From: Leptolyngbya sp. O-77
Lineage (GTDB): Bacteria > Cyanobacteriota > Cyanobacteriia > Elainellales > Elainellaceae
Assembly (NCBI RefSeq): GCF_001548395.1
Contig: NZ_AP017367.1
Coordinates: 4,859,775 to 4,891,774, forward strand
Length of the DNA: 32,000 nucleotides
Direction of reading: 5' to 3'
Part shown: one piece after another, positions 1 through 8,298 of the stretch
Layout of the letters: the number at the start of each line of letters is the position of its first letter
Numbering within the stretch: position 1 is the stretch's first letter
Notes under the pieces: generated by a model
The model's database searches: none
Seen by the model: the letters and a program-made list of their open reading frames with translations, nothing else
Told to the model about the DNA's origin: nothing
Made by a program: the position numbers and the translations under genes

Positions 1-1299
1 CGGATAAACTACGGCTTCACGCTCTGGTTTTTCCCGCTGGTGATTGCGGTGCTGTGGCTGGGGCCGCAGACGCGCGATCGCAACTTTGCGCTGAATTTCT
101 TCTGGGCCTGGTGGTGGCCGCTGGTGCTAGTCGGCTTCCCGTTTGTGGGGCGGCTGTGGTGCGCCGTGTGCCCGTTTATGATCTACGGCGAAATTTCGCA
201 AAAAGTCTCAACTAGCGTGTTGGGACGCACGCTGCTGCCCTGGTCGCGCCCAGAGGCGGAAAAATGGGGCGGCTGGTTTCTGTTTGGGCTATTTGCGCTG
301 ATTTTGCTCTGGGAAGAACTGTGGCATCTGGAGAACACAGCCTATCTCTCTGCCTGCCTGCTGCTGTTGATTACCGCTGGAGCCATGATTTTTTCGTTCC
401 TGTTTGAGCGGCGCTTCTGGTGTCGCTATCTCTGCCCCATTGGCGGCATGAACGGCCTGTTTGCCAAGCTGTCGATGATTGAACTGCGGGCGCAGCAGGG
501 CATCTGCTCTGCCACCTGCACCACCTACCAGTGCTATAAGGGTGGGCCGCAAAAGGGCGAAGGGCAAGAAACGGGCGGCTGTCCGATTTATTCCCACCCG
601 GCACAACTTCAGGACAATCGCGACTGTGTGCTGTGTATGACCTGCCTAAAGGCGTGTCCGCACCGCTCTGTTGAGCTAAACTTGCGTCCCCCCGGTATCG
701 AACTCTGGACGACCCACAAGCCGACGCTGCCGGAGGTGTGCCTGCTGTTTTTGCTGACGGGGGCGGTGGTGCTGCATCGGCTGCCGACGATTTTGACGCT
801 GCTGGGGTTTGGCGACCGTGATTTGCTAGCAACGCTGCTGCAATACGATGCGGCTCCGCTGGGCCCCTTTGCCCTCCATGCGGGACTGGCTGGGCTGGCG
901 CTGGCGCTACCGGGGGCGATCGCCCTCTTCTGCCACAGCCTGCTAAAACTCTTCAACCCCAAGTCCAAACCCTTCGTCGAACTGGCCTACGGCTATCTGC
1001 CGCTGACCCTCGGCTGCAACCTGGCGCACTATCTGCATCTGGGATTGACCGAAGCCGGCCGCATCGTGCCCGTTACCCTCGCCACCTTTGGACTGAGCGG
1101 CGCAGGGCTGCCCGTCGTCGTCGCCCATCCCGCCGTGATTGCGTTTTTGCAGGGCGTGACGCTGCTCAGCACCCTTGCCCTCAGCGTTTTTCTGACGCAG
1201 AAAATTGCCCGCCAGCGGCTGCAAAACCTGCTGCCGCAGCACGTTGGACTGGGGGCGATCGCCCTTTTGGTCTGGTGGAGTGTGGTTGGACAAGACTAA
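1..1299 (+). CDS. 4Fe-4S ferredoxin-type polytopic membrane protein (NapH/MauN-like), 5' end outside the window
   Basis: The frame is open from base 1. It has the FWCRYLCPIGG motif, the CxxCxxCxxxCP cluster CVLCMTCLKACP, and several hydrophobic segments. Confidence 0.7.
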   Translation, partial: RINYGFTLWFFPLVIAVLWLGPQTRDRNFALNFFWAWWWPLVLVGFPFVGRLWCAVCPFMIYGEISQKVSTSVLGRTLLPWSRPEAEKWGGWFLFGLFALILLWEELWHLENTAYLSACLLLLITAGAMIFSFLFERRFWCRYLCPIGGMNGLFAKLSMIELRAQQGICSATCTTYQCYKGGPQKGEGQETGGCPIYSHPAQLQDNRDCVLCMTCLKACPHRSVELNLRPPGIELWTTHKPTLPEVCLLFLLTGAVVLHRLPTILTLLGFGDRDLLATLLQYDAAPLGPFALHAGLAGLALALPGAIALFCHSLLKLFNPKSKPFVELAYGYLPLTLGCNLAHYLHLGLTEAGRIVPVTLATFGLSGAGLPVVVAHPAVIAFLQGVTLLSTLALSVFLTQKIARQRLQNLLPQHVGLGAIALLVWWSVVGQD

Positions 1300-1315
1300 G
1301 CCAAAGCTGGAACCT

Positions 1316-1386
1316 GAGTCGCAAAGCATGAGTTGCAAAGCATGAGCCGCAAAGCATGAGTCGCAAAGCATAGCCGACAAGCAAAG
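1316..1386. repeat. 14-bp tandem repeat GAGTCGCAAAGCAT, 4 copies plus a degenerate one
   Basis: Read directly: gagtcgcaaagcat / gagttgcaaagcat / gagccgcaaagcat / gagtcgcaaagcat. Confidence 0.85.
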
Positions 1387-1593
1387 ATTCGATGCGCCGT
1401 CACACGCTTGACACATCTCCGTCAGATCGGAAATTCGCAATTTTGGCTACAATTTGCCGTTGTTGGGCGTTGAGGAATTCAGAGGCAAGGGATGTTGTTT
1501 CGCAGCGCTTTCAATCCTGCTGCAAGCCTCCTGCGACACAGGAACTGCTGAATCCTCCTTGTTTCCTCACTCCAACATCCCCAAACCCTTGAT

Positions 1594-1677
1594 CCCTTAA
1601 TCTAAATCCCTGAGGCTAATTCCTGAATCTAAATCCCTGAATCTAAATCCCTGAATCTAAATCCCTTAATACTGATA
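1594..1677. repeat. 14-bp tandem repeat CCTGAATCTAAATC, about 6 copies, ending 8 nt before the ABC ATPase start
   Basis: Three exact consecutive copies at 1622-1663, flanked by degenerate copies. Confidence 0.85.
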
Positions 1678-1684
1678 GCCCCTC

Positions 1685-2698
1685 ATGATTACCGTCGAAC
1701 ACCTCAGCAAAATCTACGGCTCTACCCCTGCAATTACGGACGTGACGTTCTCAGTAGAGCCGGGGGAGATTCTGGGCTTTTTGGGGCCAAACGGGGCAGG
1801 CAAAACGACGACAATGCGGATTTTGACGGGCTACCTGCCCGCCACTAGCGGCACAGCTACCGTAGCCGGGTTCGACGTGCATGAAGACTCGATGGCAGTG
1901 CGGCAGCGGATTGGCTATCTGCCCGAAACACCGCCGCTGTACCCAGACATGACGGTGGAAGGGTTTCTGCATTTCGTGGCGCGGCTAAAGGGCGTGGCAG
2001 CGGGCGATCGCCCCCAGCGCGTACAGTCTTCGCTAGAACGCTGCAACCTGCTGGAACGGCGCGACACCCTGATTCGCAAACTGTCTAAGGGCTTTCGGCA
2101 GCGGGTCGGCATTGCCCAGGCAATCGTTCACGACCCGCCCGTCATCGTGTTGGATGAGCCGACGGTCGGCCTCGACCCGCGCCAAATCATCGACGTGCGG
2201 AACCTGATTAAAAGTCTGGCCGGCGACCACACCATCATTCTTTCGACCCACATTCTGCCGGAAGTCAGCATGACCTGTAGCCGTGTCGCTATTATCAACC
2301 GCGGCCGAATTGTGGCAACTAATACGCCCGATCGCCTGATGGAAGAACTGTCGGGCGGCGCGGGCTATGAGCTAGAAGTGGAGGGCGAACTGTTGGTGGC
2401 TCAGGAGCGGCTGCAATACCTCGCAGGCGTAAAGTCCGTCACCGCACTAACTGTCGAAGGGCTGCCGCCCCACCGCTACAAACTGCGCGTCATCTCCAAT
2501 CCAGGAACCGACCCTGGCCGCGACATTGCCGCCACCGTCATCAACGCAGGGGTGGGGCTATACGAAATGCGGCGGGTGCAGGCCAACCTAGAGCAGGTGT
2601 TTCTGGAACTCACCATGGCCGACGCACCCGCCGACCCCGACCCCAGTCTTTCCAATGAACCCCAAAACCAGTCCCCATCCCAGGAGGAAGCAGCCTAG
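1685..2698 (+). CDS. ABC transporter ATP-binding protein (ABC-2 / GldA-like)
   Basis: Walker A GPNGAGKTT, signature LSKGFRQR, Walker B VIVLDEPT. It is followed by a permease whose ATG directly abuts the stop (TAGATG). Confidence 0.9.
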   Translation: MITVEHLSKIYGSTPAITDVTFSVEPGEILGFLGPNGAGKTTTMRILTGYLPATSGTATVAGFDVHEDSMAVRQRIGYLPETPPLYPDMTVEGFLHFVARLKGVAAGDRPQRVQSSLERCNLLERRDTLIRKLSKGFRQRVGIAQAIVHDPPVIVLDEPTVGLDPRQIIDVRNLIKSLAGDHTIILSTHILPEVSMTCSRVAIINRGRIVATNTPDRLMEELSGGAGYELEVEGELLVAQERLQYLAGVKSVTALTVEGLPPHRYKLRVISNPGTDPGRDIAATVINAGVGLYEMRRVQANLEQVFLELTMADAPADPDPSLSNEPQNQSPSQEEAA

Positions 2699-3499
2699 AT
2701 GCGCGTCATTTTGAGCAATATTCTGGCGATTTATCGGCGAGAACTCCAGAGCTACTTTGCCTCGCCCTTTGCCTATGCGATCGCCGCTGTGTTCTGGCTG
2801 CTAAGCGGCTTTTTCTTCGTAGTGATTCTATTTGGCCCAGAGGGGCTGCTGGCCGCCGTCGCCCAGCGCGACCAGGCCGGCATCACCGACCCGCCCGTAG
2901 ACGTGCCCTACCAATTTCTGAATGTGTTTTTGGGGTTGCTCGGCTCTCTAGCATTATTCCTGCTGCCGATGCTGTCGATGGGACTCTATTCCGAAGAGCG
3001 CAAGCGCGGCACGCTGGAACTGCTGGCCACCTCGCCCATTACCAACTGGGCCGTCGCTGTCGGCAAGCTGCTGGGCGTGTTGACCTTCTTCATCACCATG
3101 CTGCTGCCCATTCTGCTGTATGAAAGCAGCCTGTTTATTGCATCCAACCCCGCCGCCAATCTGAACGTGCTGTTTATGGGGCATCTGGGTCTGATTCTGA
3201 TGGCCGCCGCCGTGCTGTCCCTGGGTATGTTCATCTCCTCCCTCACCGACAGCACTATCCTCGCCGCCGTGTTGACCTTTGGGCTGATGCTGCTGCTCTG
3301 GGTCACCGACCTAATCGCCAACGGGGTCGGCGGTTCCACCGGAGAGGCGATCGCCCACCTCTCGCTAATCAAGCACTACAACGACCTCAGCCGAGGCATC
3401 TTCAACACCAGCAGCCTCGTCCTCTACCTCAGCTACATCCTGCTGGGCATCTTCCTCACCGCCCAATCCATCGAAGCCCTCCGATTCCAGCGTTCCTAA
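2699..3499 (+). CDS. ABC-2 type transporter permease
   Basis: Polytopic hydrophobic 266-aa ORF, directly abutting the ATPase stop (tightly linked, likely co-translated). Confidence 0.8.
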   Translation: MRVILSNILAIYRRELQSYFASPFAYAIAAVFWLLSGFFFVVILFGPEGLLAAVAQRDQAGITDPPVDVPYQFLNVFLGLLGSLALFLLPMLSMGLYSEERKRGTLELLATSPITNWAVAVGKLLGVLTFFITMLLPILLYESSLFIASNPAANLNVLFMGHLGLILMAAAVLSLGMFISSLTDSTILAAVLTFGLMLLLWVTDLIANGVGGSTGEAIAHLSLIKHYNDLSRGIFNTSSLVLYLSYILLGIFLTAQSIEALRFQRS

Positions 3500-3536
3500 G
3501 CAACCAGAGCCAATACCCCAAGGCGAATCCTAGACA

Positions 3537-3759
3537 GGGAAAAAAGCAGAAAGAAGAACGAAGAACGAAAAACGAAAAAAAACACCTATTTCTTCGTTCT
3601 TCCCTCTTCGTCCTTCTCTCTTCGTCCTTCCCTCTTCGTCCTTCCCTCTTCGTTCTTCCCTCTTCGTTCTTCGTCCTTCCCTCTTCGTTCTTCCCTCTTC
3701 GTTCTTCCCTCTTCCCTCTTCGTTCTTCCCTCTTCCCTCTTCGTTTTTCATTTTTTCTC
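3537..3759. repeat. Heptad polypurine/polypyrimidine array: a short GA arm (3537-3582), then about 24 heptads of TCTTCCC/TCTTCGT/CCTTCCC running to the GldG-like ATG
   Basis: The plus strand is almost pure C/T from 3589 to 3759. gaagaacgaagaa in the GA arm is the exact reverse complement of ttcttcgttcttc at the start of the CT arm. Confidence 0.9.
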
Positions 3760-5351
3760 ATGAAACTCCTCCGTCCCTACCTCAAACTCAAACACCTGAT
3801 CTGGCCTGGCCTGTTTCTCATTCTCATGGGGCTAACGGCAGGTCTGGTGGCAGGAACTTGGGGCCCCGTACCCGTCGGGCTATTGAGCGCGGGCATTGGG
3901 CTATTGGTGGTGTGGCTGGGGTCGCAGGCCAGCGGGTTTCAGGGGCTATGGGGTAAACGCTCGACCCAGGCAGGTACGAATGCGGTGCTGGCAACGCTGG
4001 CAGTGCTGGCCATTTTCCTGCTGACGAACTTTTTGGCATCGCGCTACAACACACGGCTAGACCTGACGGAAAATCGCCTATTTACTCTCGCGCCCCAGTC
4101 GCAGGAGGTGGTGCAGTCGCTCGAAGATCCGGTCAAGGTGTGGATTTTTGACCTGGCTCCAAATCCCGCCGATCGGGATCTGTTGGAAAACTATCGCCGC
4201 CAAAATCCCGACGGGTTTGCCTACGAATATGTCGATCCACAGGTGCAGCCCGGACTTGCCGAGCGCTTTGGCGTGCAGAACTTTGGCGAAGTGTATGTAG
4301 AGAAGGGCGATTCGCGAAGCGATCCCGCTGGGAATCGCCGTCAGTTGGTGCAGACCATCAGCCCATCCCAACGCCTCTCCGAGCGACGGCTGACCACTGC
4401 GCTGGTGAAGATCACGAGCGATCGCCAGACCAAGGTCTACTTTTTGCAAGGGCACGGCGAGCGGCAGCTAGACCCCGGTCAGGGCGGGCTGGGGCAAGCC
4501 GTCACCAGCCTAACAGACGAAACCTTTCAGGCAGAGCCGCTAAACCTGGCAAACACTGCCGAAATTCCCGCCGATGCTGCGGTGATTGTGGTGGCTGGGC
4601 CGCAGCGGCCGCTTTTGGCAGAAGAAATCTCTCGCCTCAAGGACTTTCAGACCCGCAAGGGCGGGCTGCTGCTGCTGGTCGATCCGCAGACCAATCCCGA
4701 ACTAGATGGCTTGCTGGAAGGCTGGGGCGTTGCCTTTAGCGATCGCGTCTTAGTAGACCCGGCCGCCGGACGCGATGGCGCAGTCACCATCATCACGGAA
4801 TACGGCCCCCACCCGATTACCGACGGACTCAACAACGGCATCACCTTCTTTCCCCTGGCGCGACCGCTGGAACTGGGCGAAGTCGAAGGCGTAGAGATCA
4901 CCCCACTGCTGTTTACCAACGTTCGCACCCAGGCGCAGCAGATTGGCGAAGACGGCCAACTCCAGCTTGACCCCGAAGCGCCAGAGGGCAATCTTGTTCT
5001 GGGCGCTGCCTTTAGCCGTCGCCTGTCAAACGCGCCCGCCCCCAACCCCCTCGCCCGATGCAGAGGAGCCCGCCTGTTCAGGACGAAGCGCGAATGGTGG
5101 CGATCGGCAACTCCACGTTTGCCACCAATGGACTAATTGATCAGCAGCTCAACCGCGACCTCTTCCTCAACGCTATTGGCTGGCTCAGCCAGGAAGCCGA
5201 CCCAACCTTCTCCGTCCGCGCCGCCGAACCCACCAATCGCCGCGTGCTGTTCTCGCCTTCCCAGCAAATTGCGCTGATTCTTGCCTCGCTGGTCTTTTTG
5301 CCGCTGGCGGGGCTGGCGCTAGCGGTGGGGGTGTGGTGGCGACGGCGCTAA
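3760..5351 (+). pseudogene. GldG-like ABC-transporter auxiliary protein with an apparent frameshift at about 5012-5090
   Basis: The 3760-5136 ORF has an N-terminal TM and GldG-like body. The 5058-5351 ORF carries the family C-terminus (MVAIGNSTFATNG...LFLNAIGWL plus a C-terminal TM) in another frame. The junction lies in C-rich runs. Confidence 0.6.
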
Positions 5352-5462
5352 TCAGGGTTCGGCGGATACCTGAGAAACCTGCACCAGAAACCTGCACCGG
5401 AAACTTGCGCCGATTCCCCAACCCTCTAGCCCTCCAATCCCTCGTCACTGTTACCCTGCGCT

Positions 5463-6026
5463 ATGAAACTCAAGCCCGCTACTTTCTGGCTCCTCTTTGC
5501 CGCGCTGATCTTGGGCAGCGTCAGCCTGTGGTCGTTGCAGCAGCCTCCACGCACCGAAGAGGCAGGACAAACCACTCCGCAAAAGCTGTTTGCAATAGAG
5601 GAGAGCCAGATCCAGTCGCTGACGGTGAAAAAGCCGGATCAAACGCTGGTGTTTGAAAAAGACGAAAATGGCGTGTGGCAAATGAAGCAGCCCCAGCAAG
5701 GCGTGGCCAACGATGCCGCCGTTGCGTTTTTGGCGAACTTGCTGGCGACTGGGACGAGCGATCGCACTTTCTCGGTTCCCCCCGCTGACCTTGCCACCTA
5801 CGGACTCGACCAGCCCACCACCACCCTTGAATTCACCACCGCCGACGGCAAACCCCACACCCTCGCCCTCGGCAGCAAAAACTTTAACCAGAGCGCGATC
5901 TACGCCCTGATTGACGCACCGGAAAATCCGCAGAACCTCACCGTTTCTCTCGTCTCGCTCGATTTTGAAACCGCTACGGGGCGATCGCCCGATAGCTGGC
6001 TCCAGCCAGAAGCGGCAGGGGAGTGA
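5463..6026 (+). CDS. DUF4340-like protein (usual partner downstream of GldG-like genes)
   Basis: N-terminal signal-anchor, beta-rich body, and position directly after the GldG-like gene. Family assignment is from memory. Confidence 0.6.
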   Translation: MKLKPATFWLLFAALILGSVSLWSLQQPPRTEEAGQTTPQKLFAIEESQIQSLTVKKPDQTLVFEKDENGVWQMKQPQQGVANDAAVAFLANLLATGTSDRTFSVPPADLATYGLDQPTTTLEFTTADGKPHTLALGSKNFNQSAIYALIDAPENPQNLTVSLVSLDFETATGRSPDSWLQPEAAGE

Positions 6027-6150
6027 GGGAAGAGGGAAGAGAGAAGAGAGAAGAGAGAAGAGGGAAGAACGAAGAGGGAAGAACGAAGAGAGAACAGGTT
6101 TGGGAGATGCGTAAGAATTTTCGTTTTTCGTTCTTCGTTCTTCTTTTTTC
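6026..6150. repeat. Inverted copy of the heptad array: about 10 GA heptads (GGGAAGA/GAGAAGA/ACGAAGA), then a CT arm (6117-6150)
   Basis: Read directly. It lies between the convergent DUF4340 and yidD genes. The GA and CT arms can pair (gaagaacgaa / ttcgttcttc). Confidence 0.9.
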
Positions 6151-6156
6151 CATTTG

Positions 6157-6378
6157 TCACTTTTCTTCCGTCGGCACGGGGTCATAGCCGCCTTCGCTCC
6201 ACGGATGGCAGCGGGCGATGCGCTTGGCCGTCAGCCAGCCGCCTTTGATGGAGCCGTAGCGGGCGATCGCCTCCAGTCCGTATTGCGAGCAGGTGGGGTG
6301 AAAGCGGCAGGTCGGCGGGAATAGCGGCGAGATCAGGATGCGGTAGGAGTGGATGAGTCCGAGAAGGAGGACTTTCAT
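6157..6378 (-). CDS. yidD: Membrane protein insertion efficiency factor YidD
   Basis: The 73-aa ORF contains [22 protein letters not shown]...RCHPW, the hallmark YidD motif. Confidence 0.9.
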   Translation of the reverse strand: MKVLLLGLIHSYRILISPLFPPTCRFHPTCSQYGLEAIARYGSIKGGWLTAKRIARCHPWSEGGYDPVPTEEK

Positions 6379-6393
6379 AGCGGTTGGGAACGT

Positions 6394-7053
6394 TCAAGCG
6401 GTAGGTTCGATGCCTATGGCCCGGAGCTGATCTGCCAGCAGGTCGGCGCGGTGCTGGGCTTGCAGGGCGACTTCTTCGGGCGTGGGCACGCGCTGCCCGT
6501 CGGGCTGAAAGTAGCGCAGGTTTCCGTCTTCTACGCCCAGATACAGGCTCAGGCTGTCGCTCCACAGCCACCCTGCCTCATTCGCGGCGATCGCCTCATA
6601 CACCTGGTTGACCAGCCGGAAGCCTTCTAGCTCCAGCGTGTCGGGCGAAAACCAAAAATATTCATGCGTCCGAAAGCGGTCTTGATATAGCTCCTTTTTC
6701 AGCGTCTGATCGACCTCAGCCGTGGACTCCGACAGCAGCTCGATAATCAGGTCGGGATATTTGCCGTCCTCTTCCCACACCACCCACGATTTGCGCGGGT
6801 GCTTCTGCGTCTTTTTGACCAGGAAAAAGTCGGGCCCGCGAAAGTCTCGATGCTTAAGCTGCTGACGGCTAAAGTAAATCGTCAAATTCGCGCCGATAAA
6901 GAAATCGGTGCGATCGCGCCACAGCCACTCCAAACACGCCACCAGCAGCGCCAACTGGGCATAGTGCAGCGAACTTTCCATTTCTGGCTCGTCGCTCTCG
7001 ATTTGGGTGGCATCTGGCATGAGGTCTGCCAACTGCTGCGCGGTGATGACCAT
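6394..7053 (-). CDS. Uma2 (DUF820) family putative endonuclease
   Basis: Motifs PDFFLV and PDLIIELLSEST fit the PD-(D/E)xK-like Uma2 core. I chose the start at MVITAQQ (ATG at 7053). Confidence 0.8.
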   Translation of the reverse strand: MVITAQQLADLMPDATQIESDEPEMESSLHYAQLALLVACLEWLWRDRTDFFIGANLTIYFSRQQLKHRDFRGPDFFLVKKTQKHPRKSWVVWEEDGKYPDLIIELLSESTAEVDQTLKKELYQDRFRTHEYFWFSPDTLELEGFRLVNQVYEAIAANEAGWLWSDSLSLYLGVEDGNLRYFQPDGQRVPTPEEVALQAQHRADLLADQLRAIGIEPTA

Positions 7054-7170
7054 CGGCGTGTGTCCAGATAGAACTGAAGGGGCGATTCGCGAAGCGTTCG
7101 CGCAAGCGGTGCGGCGCACTTTCCCTGCGAGAATCGCCCGCCTGTTTCCATCTTAGAGATTGGACGGGCG

Positions 7171-7200
7171 GTTTTGGATTTGGGGTTTTGGATTTTGGAC
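7171..7200. repeat. TTTTGGA-type heptamer repeats
   Basis: Sequence gttttggatttggggttttggattttggac. The reverse-complement family occurs at 13895-13943. Confidence 0.6.
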
Positions 7201-7274
7201 TGGTGTTGGCGTAGGTCTGGAGGGCAACGTTGCGCTGTCGTCTACGCTAGGGTATCTCAGAGATCGGATACAGA

Positions 7275-7760
7275 ATGCTAAGCAGCGGCAACTCGAATTT
7301 GAAGACTTACGATAGCTTACTGACGGCGATCGAATTTAGTGAAGGGCAACTGAGTCTTTTGCTGGCGGTGTGTGATGATCGGCAACGTCGAGCTGCTCTA
7401 ATTGCCAGCTGTGAACGCGACCTTGCGCCCCAGATTCGAGCCTATCGGCTGTCTCTAGACTGCTATGAACCGAGTTTGAAGGGTGCGATTTATCAAGTCT
7501 GGAAGCAAGATGATTACTTGCAACAGGGCGGACGTGCAGTGCTGACGCTGGAGATCACAGAACCGCTTTTAGAACAGAATCAGGAACAGGATGACACTGG
7601 GCGAGATAGGTTCTTTGGCTATTTGCAATGGACAAGAGAAGGGCTGCGAGAATTCCGTTTCCCGATTGTGATTTGGATGCCCTCGCTGTTTCTAGAAGTG
7701 CTGAGCCGTAGAGCGCCAGACTTTTGGAGCTGGCGTAAGGGTGTATTTCGATTTCTCTAA
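7275..7760 (+). CDS. Hypothetical 161-aa protein upstream of the NLR pair
   Basis: Clean ORF with an ATG start. Alternating hydrophobic strand-like segments (LLLAVCDD, AVLTLEI, FPIVIWMP). No catalytic motif recognised. Confidence 0.6.
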   Translation: MLSSGNSNLKTYDSLLTAIEFSEGQLSLLLAVCDDRQRRAALIASCERDLAPQIRAYRLSLDCYEPSLKGAIYQVWKQDDYLQQGGRAVLTLEITEPLLEQNQEQDDTGRDRFFGYLQWTREGLREFRFPIVIWMPSLFLEVLSRRAPDFWSWRKGVFRFL

Positions 7761-7829
7761 AAGAAATGCTCGAATCTCCGAAACTTTTGGGTTATAACGG
7801 AGCTAGCGCATTCAGGCTGGATAGAAAAA

Positions 7830-8285
7830 ATGGTTGACCCGGCAACGCTGACCGCAGGCGCGATCGCCACTCTTGCCTTCCAAAAGTTTATGGAAACGAG
7901 CGCGGGGAAACTGGCGGAAAAGTTTTCGGAAATGGCGATCGCCCGCATGGATGATCTCTTAAAGCGCATCTGGGCCAAGCTGCGCGGACGGCCGCGTGTG
8001 GAGGAGATCAAAGCCGCCGTCGAAAAGACCCACAAAATCACGGCAGAGCAGGTGAATCAAATCGCGGCCTATCTCCAGGTGGCGATGGACGAAGACCCGC
8101 AGTTTGCCAACGAGATTCGGCTTTTGGCCCAGGAAATCAACGCAGGCAAGCTGATCGACCAGAGCCACATGACGCAAAACATCATTGGCGACCATGCCAA
8201 AGGCTGGCAAACCAAAGTCGAAGGTGGCACGGCCTACATTGGCGACATCACCATTCACCAAACCCAACCGCCCGCAAGCTCCTGA
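7830..8285 (+). CDS. Small all-helical protein with a hydrophobic N-terminal helix and a C-terminal BASS-like motif (Bell/HeLo-like effector candidate)
   Basis: 151 aa. The N-terminus is MVDPATLTAGAIATLAFQKF. The C-terminal 29 aa (nt 8187-8273) match the N-terminus of the next gene. Confidence 0.7.
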   Translation: MVDPATLTAGAIATLAFQKFMETSAGKLAEKFSEMAIARMDDLLKRIWAKLRGRPRVEEIKAAVEKTHKITAEQVNQIAAYLQVAMDEDPQFANEIRLLAQEINAGKLIDQSHMTQNIIGDHAKGWQTKVEGGTAYIGDITIHQTQPPASS

Positions 8286-8298
8286 CGCAATCCTCCCC

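Noticed and set aside
1392-1592. 66-aa ORF between the two 14-bp arrays
   Set aside because: It has no RBS or start context and no motif, and it lies in a repeat-rich intergenic region. It is probably non-coding.
3456-3761. K/E/R/G-rich ORFs on the minus strand (3456-3761, 3530-3751), plus similar ORFs at 5900-6160 and 5911-6114 and the long ORF 5451-6185
   Set aside because: They are translations of the polypurine heptad arrays (GAAGAGG... gives EERRGK...). ORF 5451-6185 runs antisense to the well-supported DUF4340 gene.
8185-8298. Upstream start (8185) for the NB-ARC protein, overlapping the last 100 nt of the effector gene
   Set aside because: The extension (MATMPKAGKPKSKVARP...) is an out-of-frame reading of the effector's conserved C-terminal motif. 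The ATG at 8299 gives the expected N-terminal motif placement. This is not proven.
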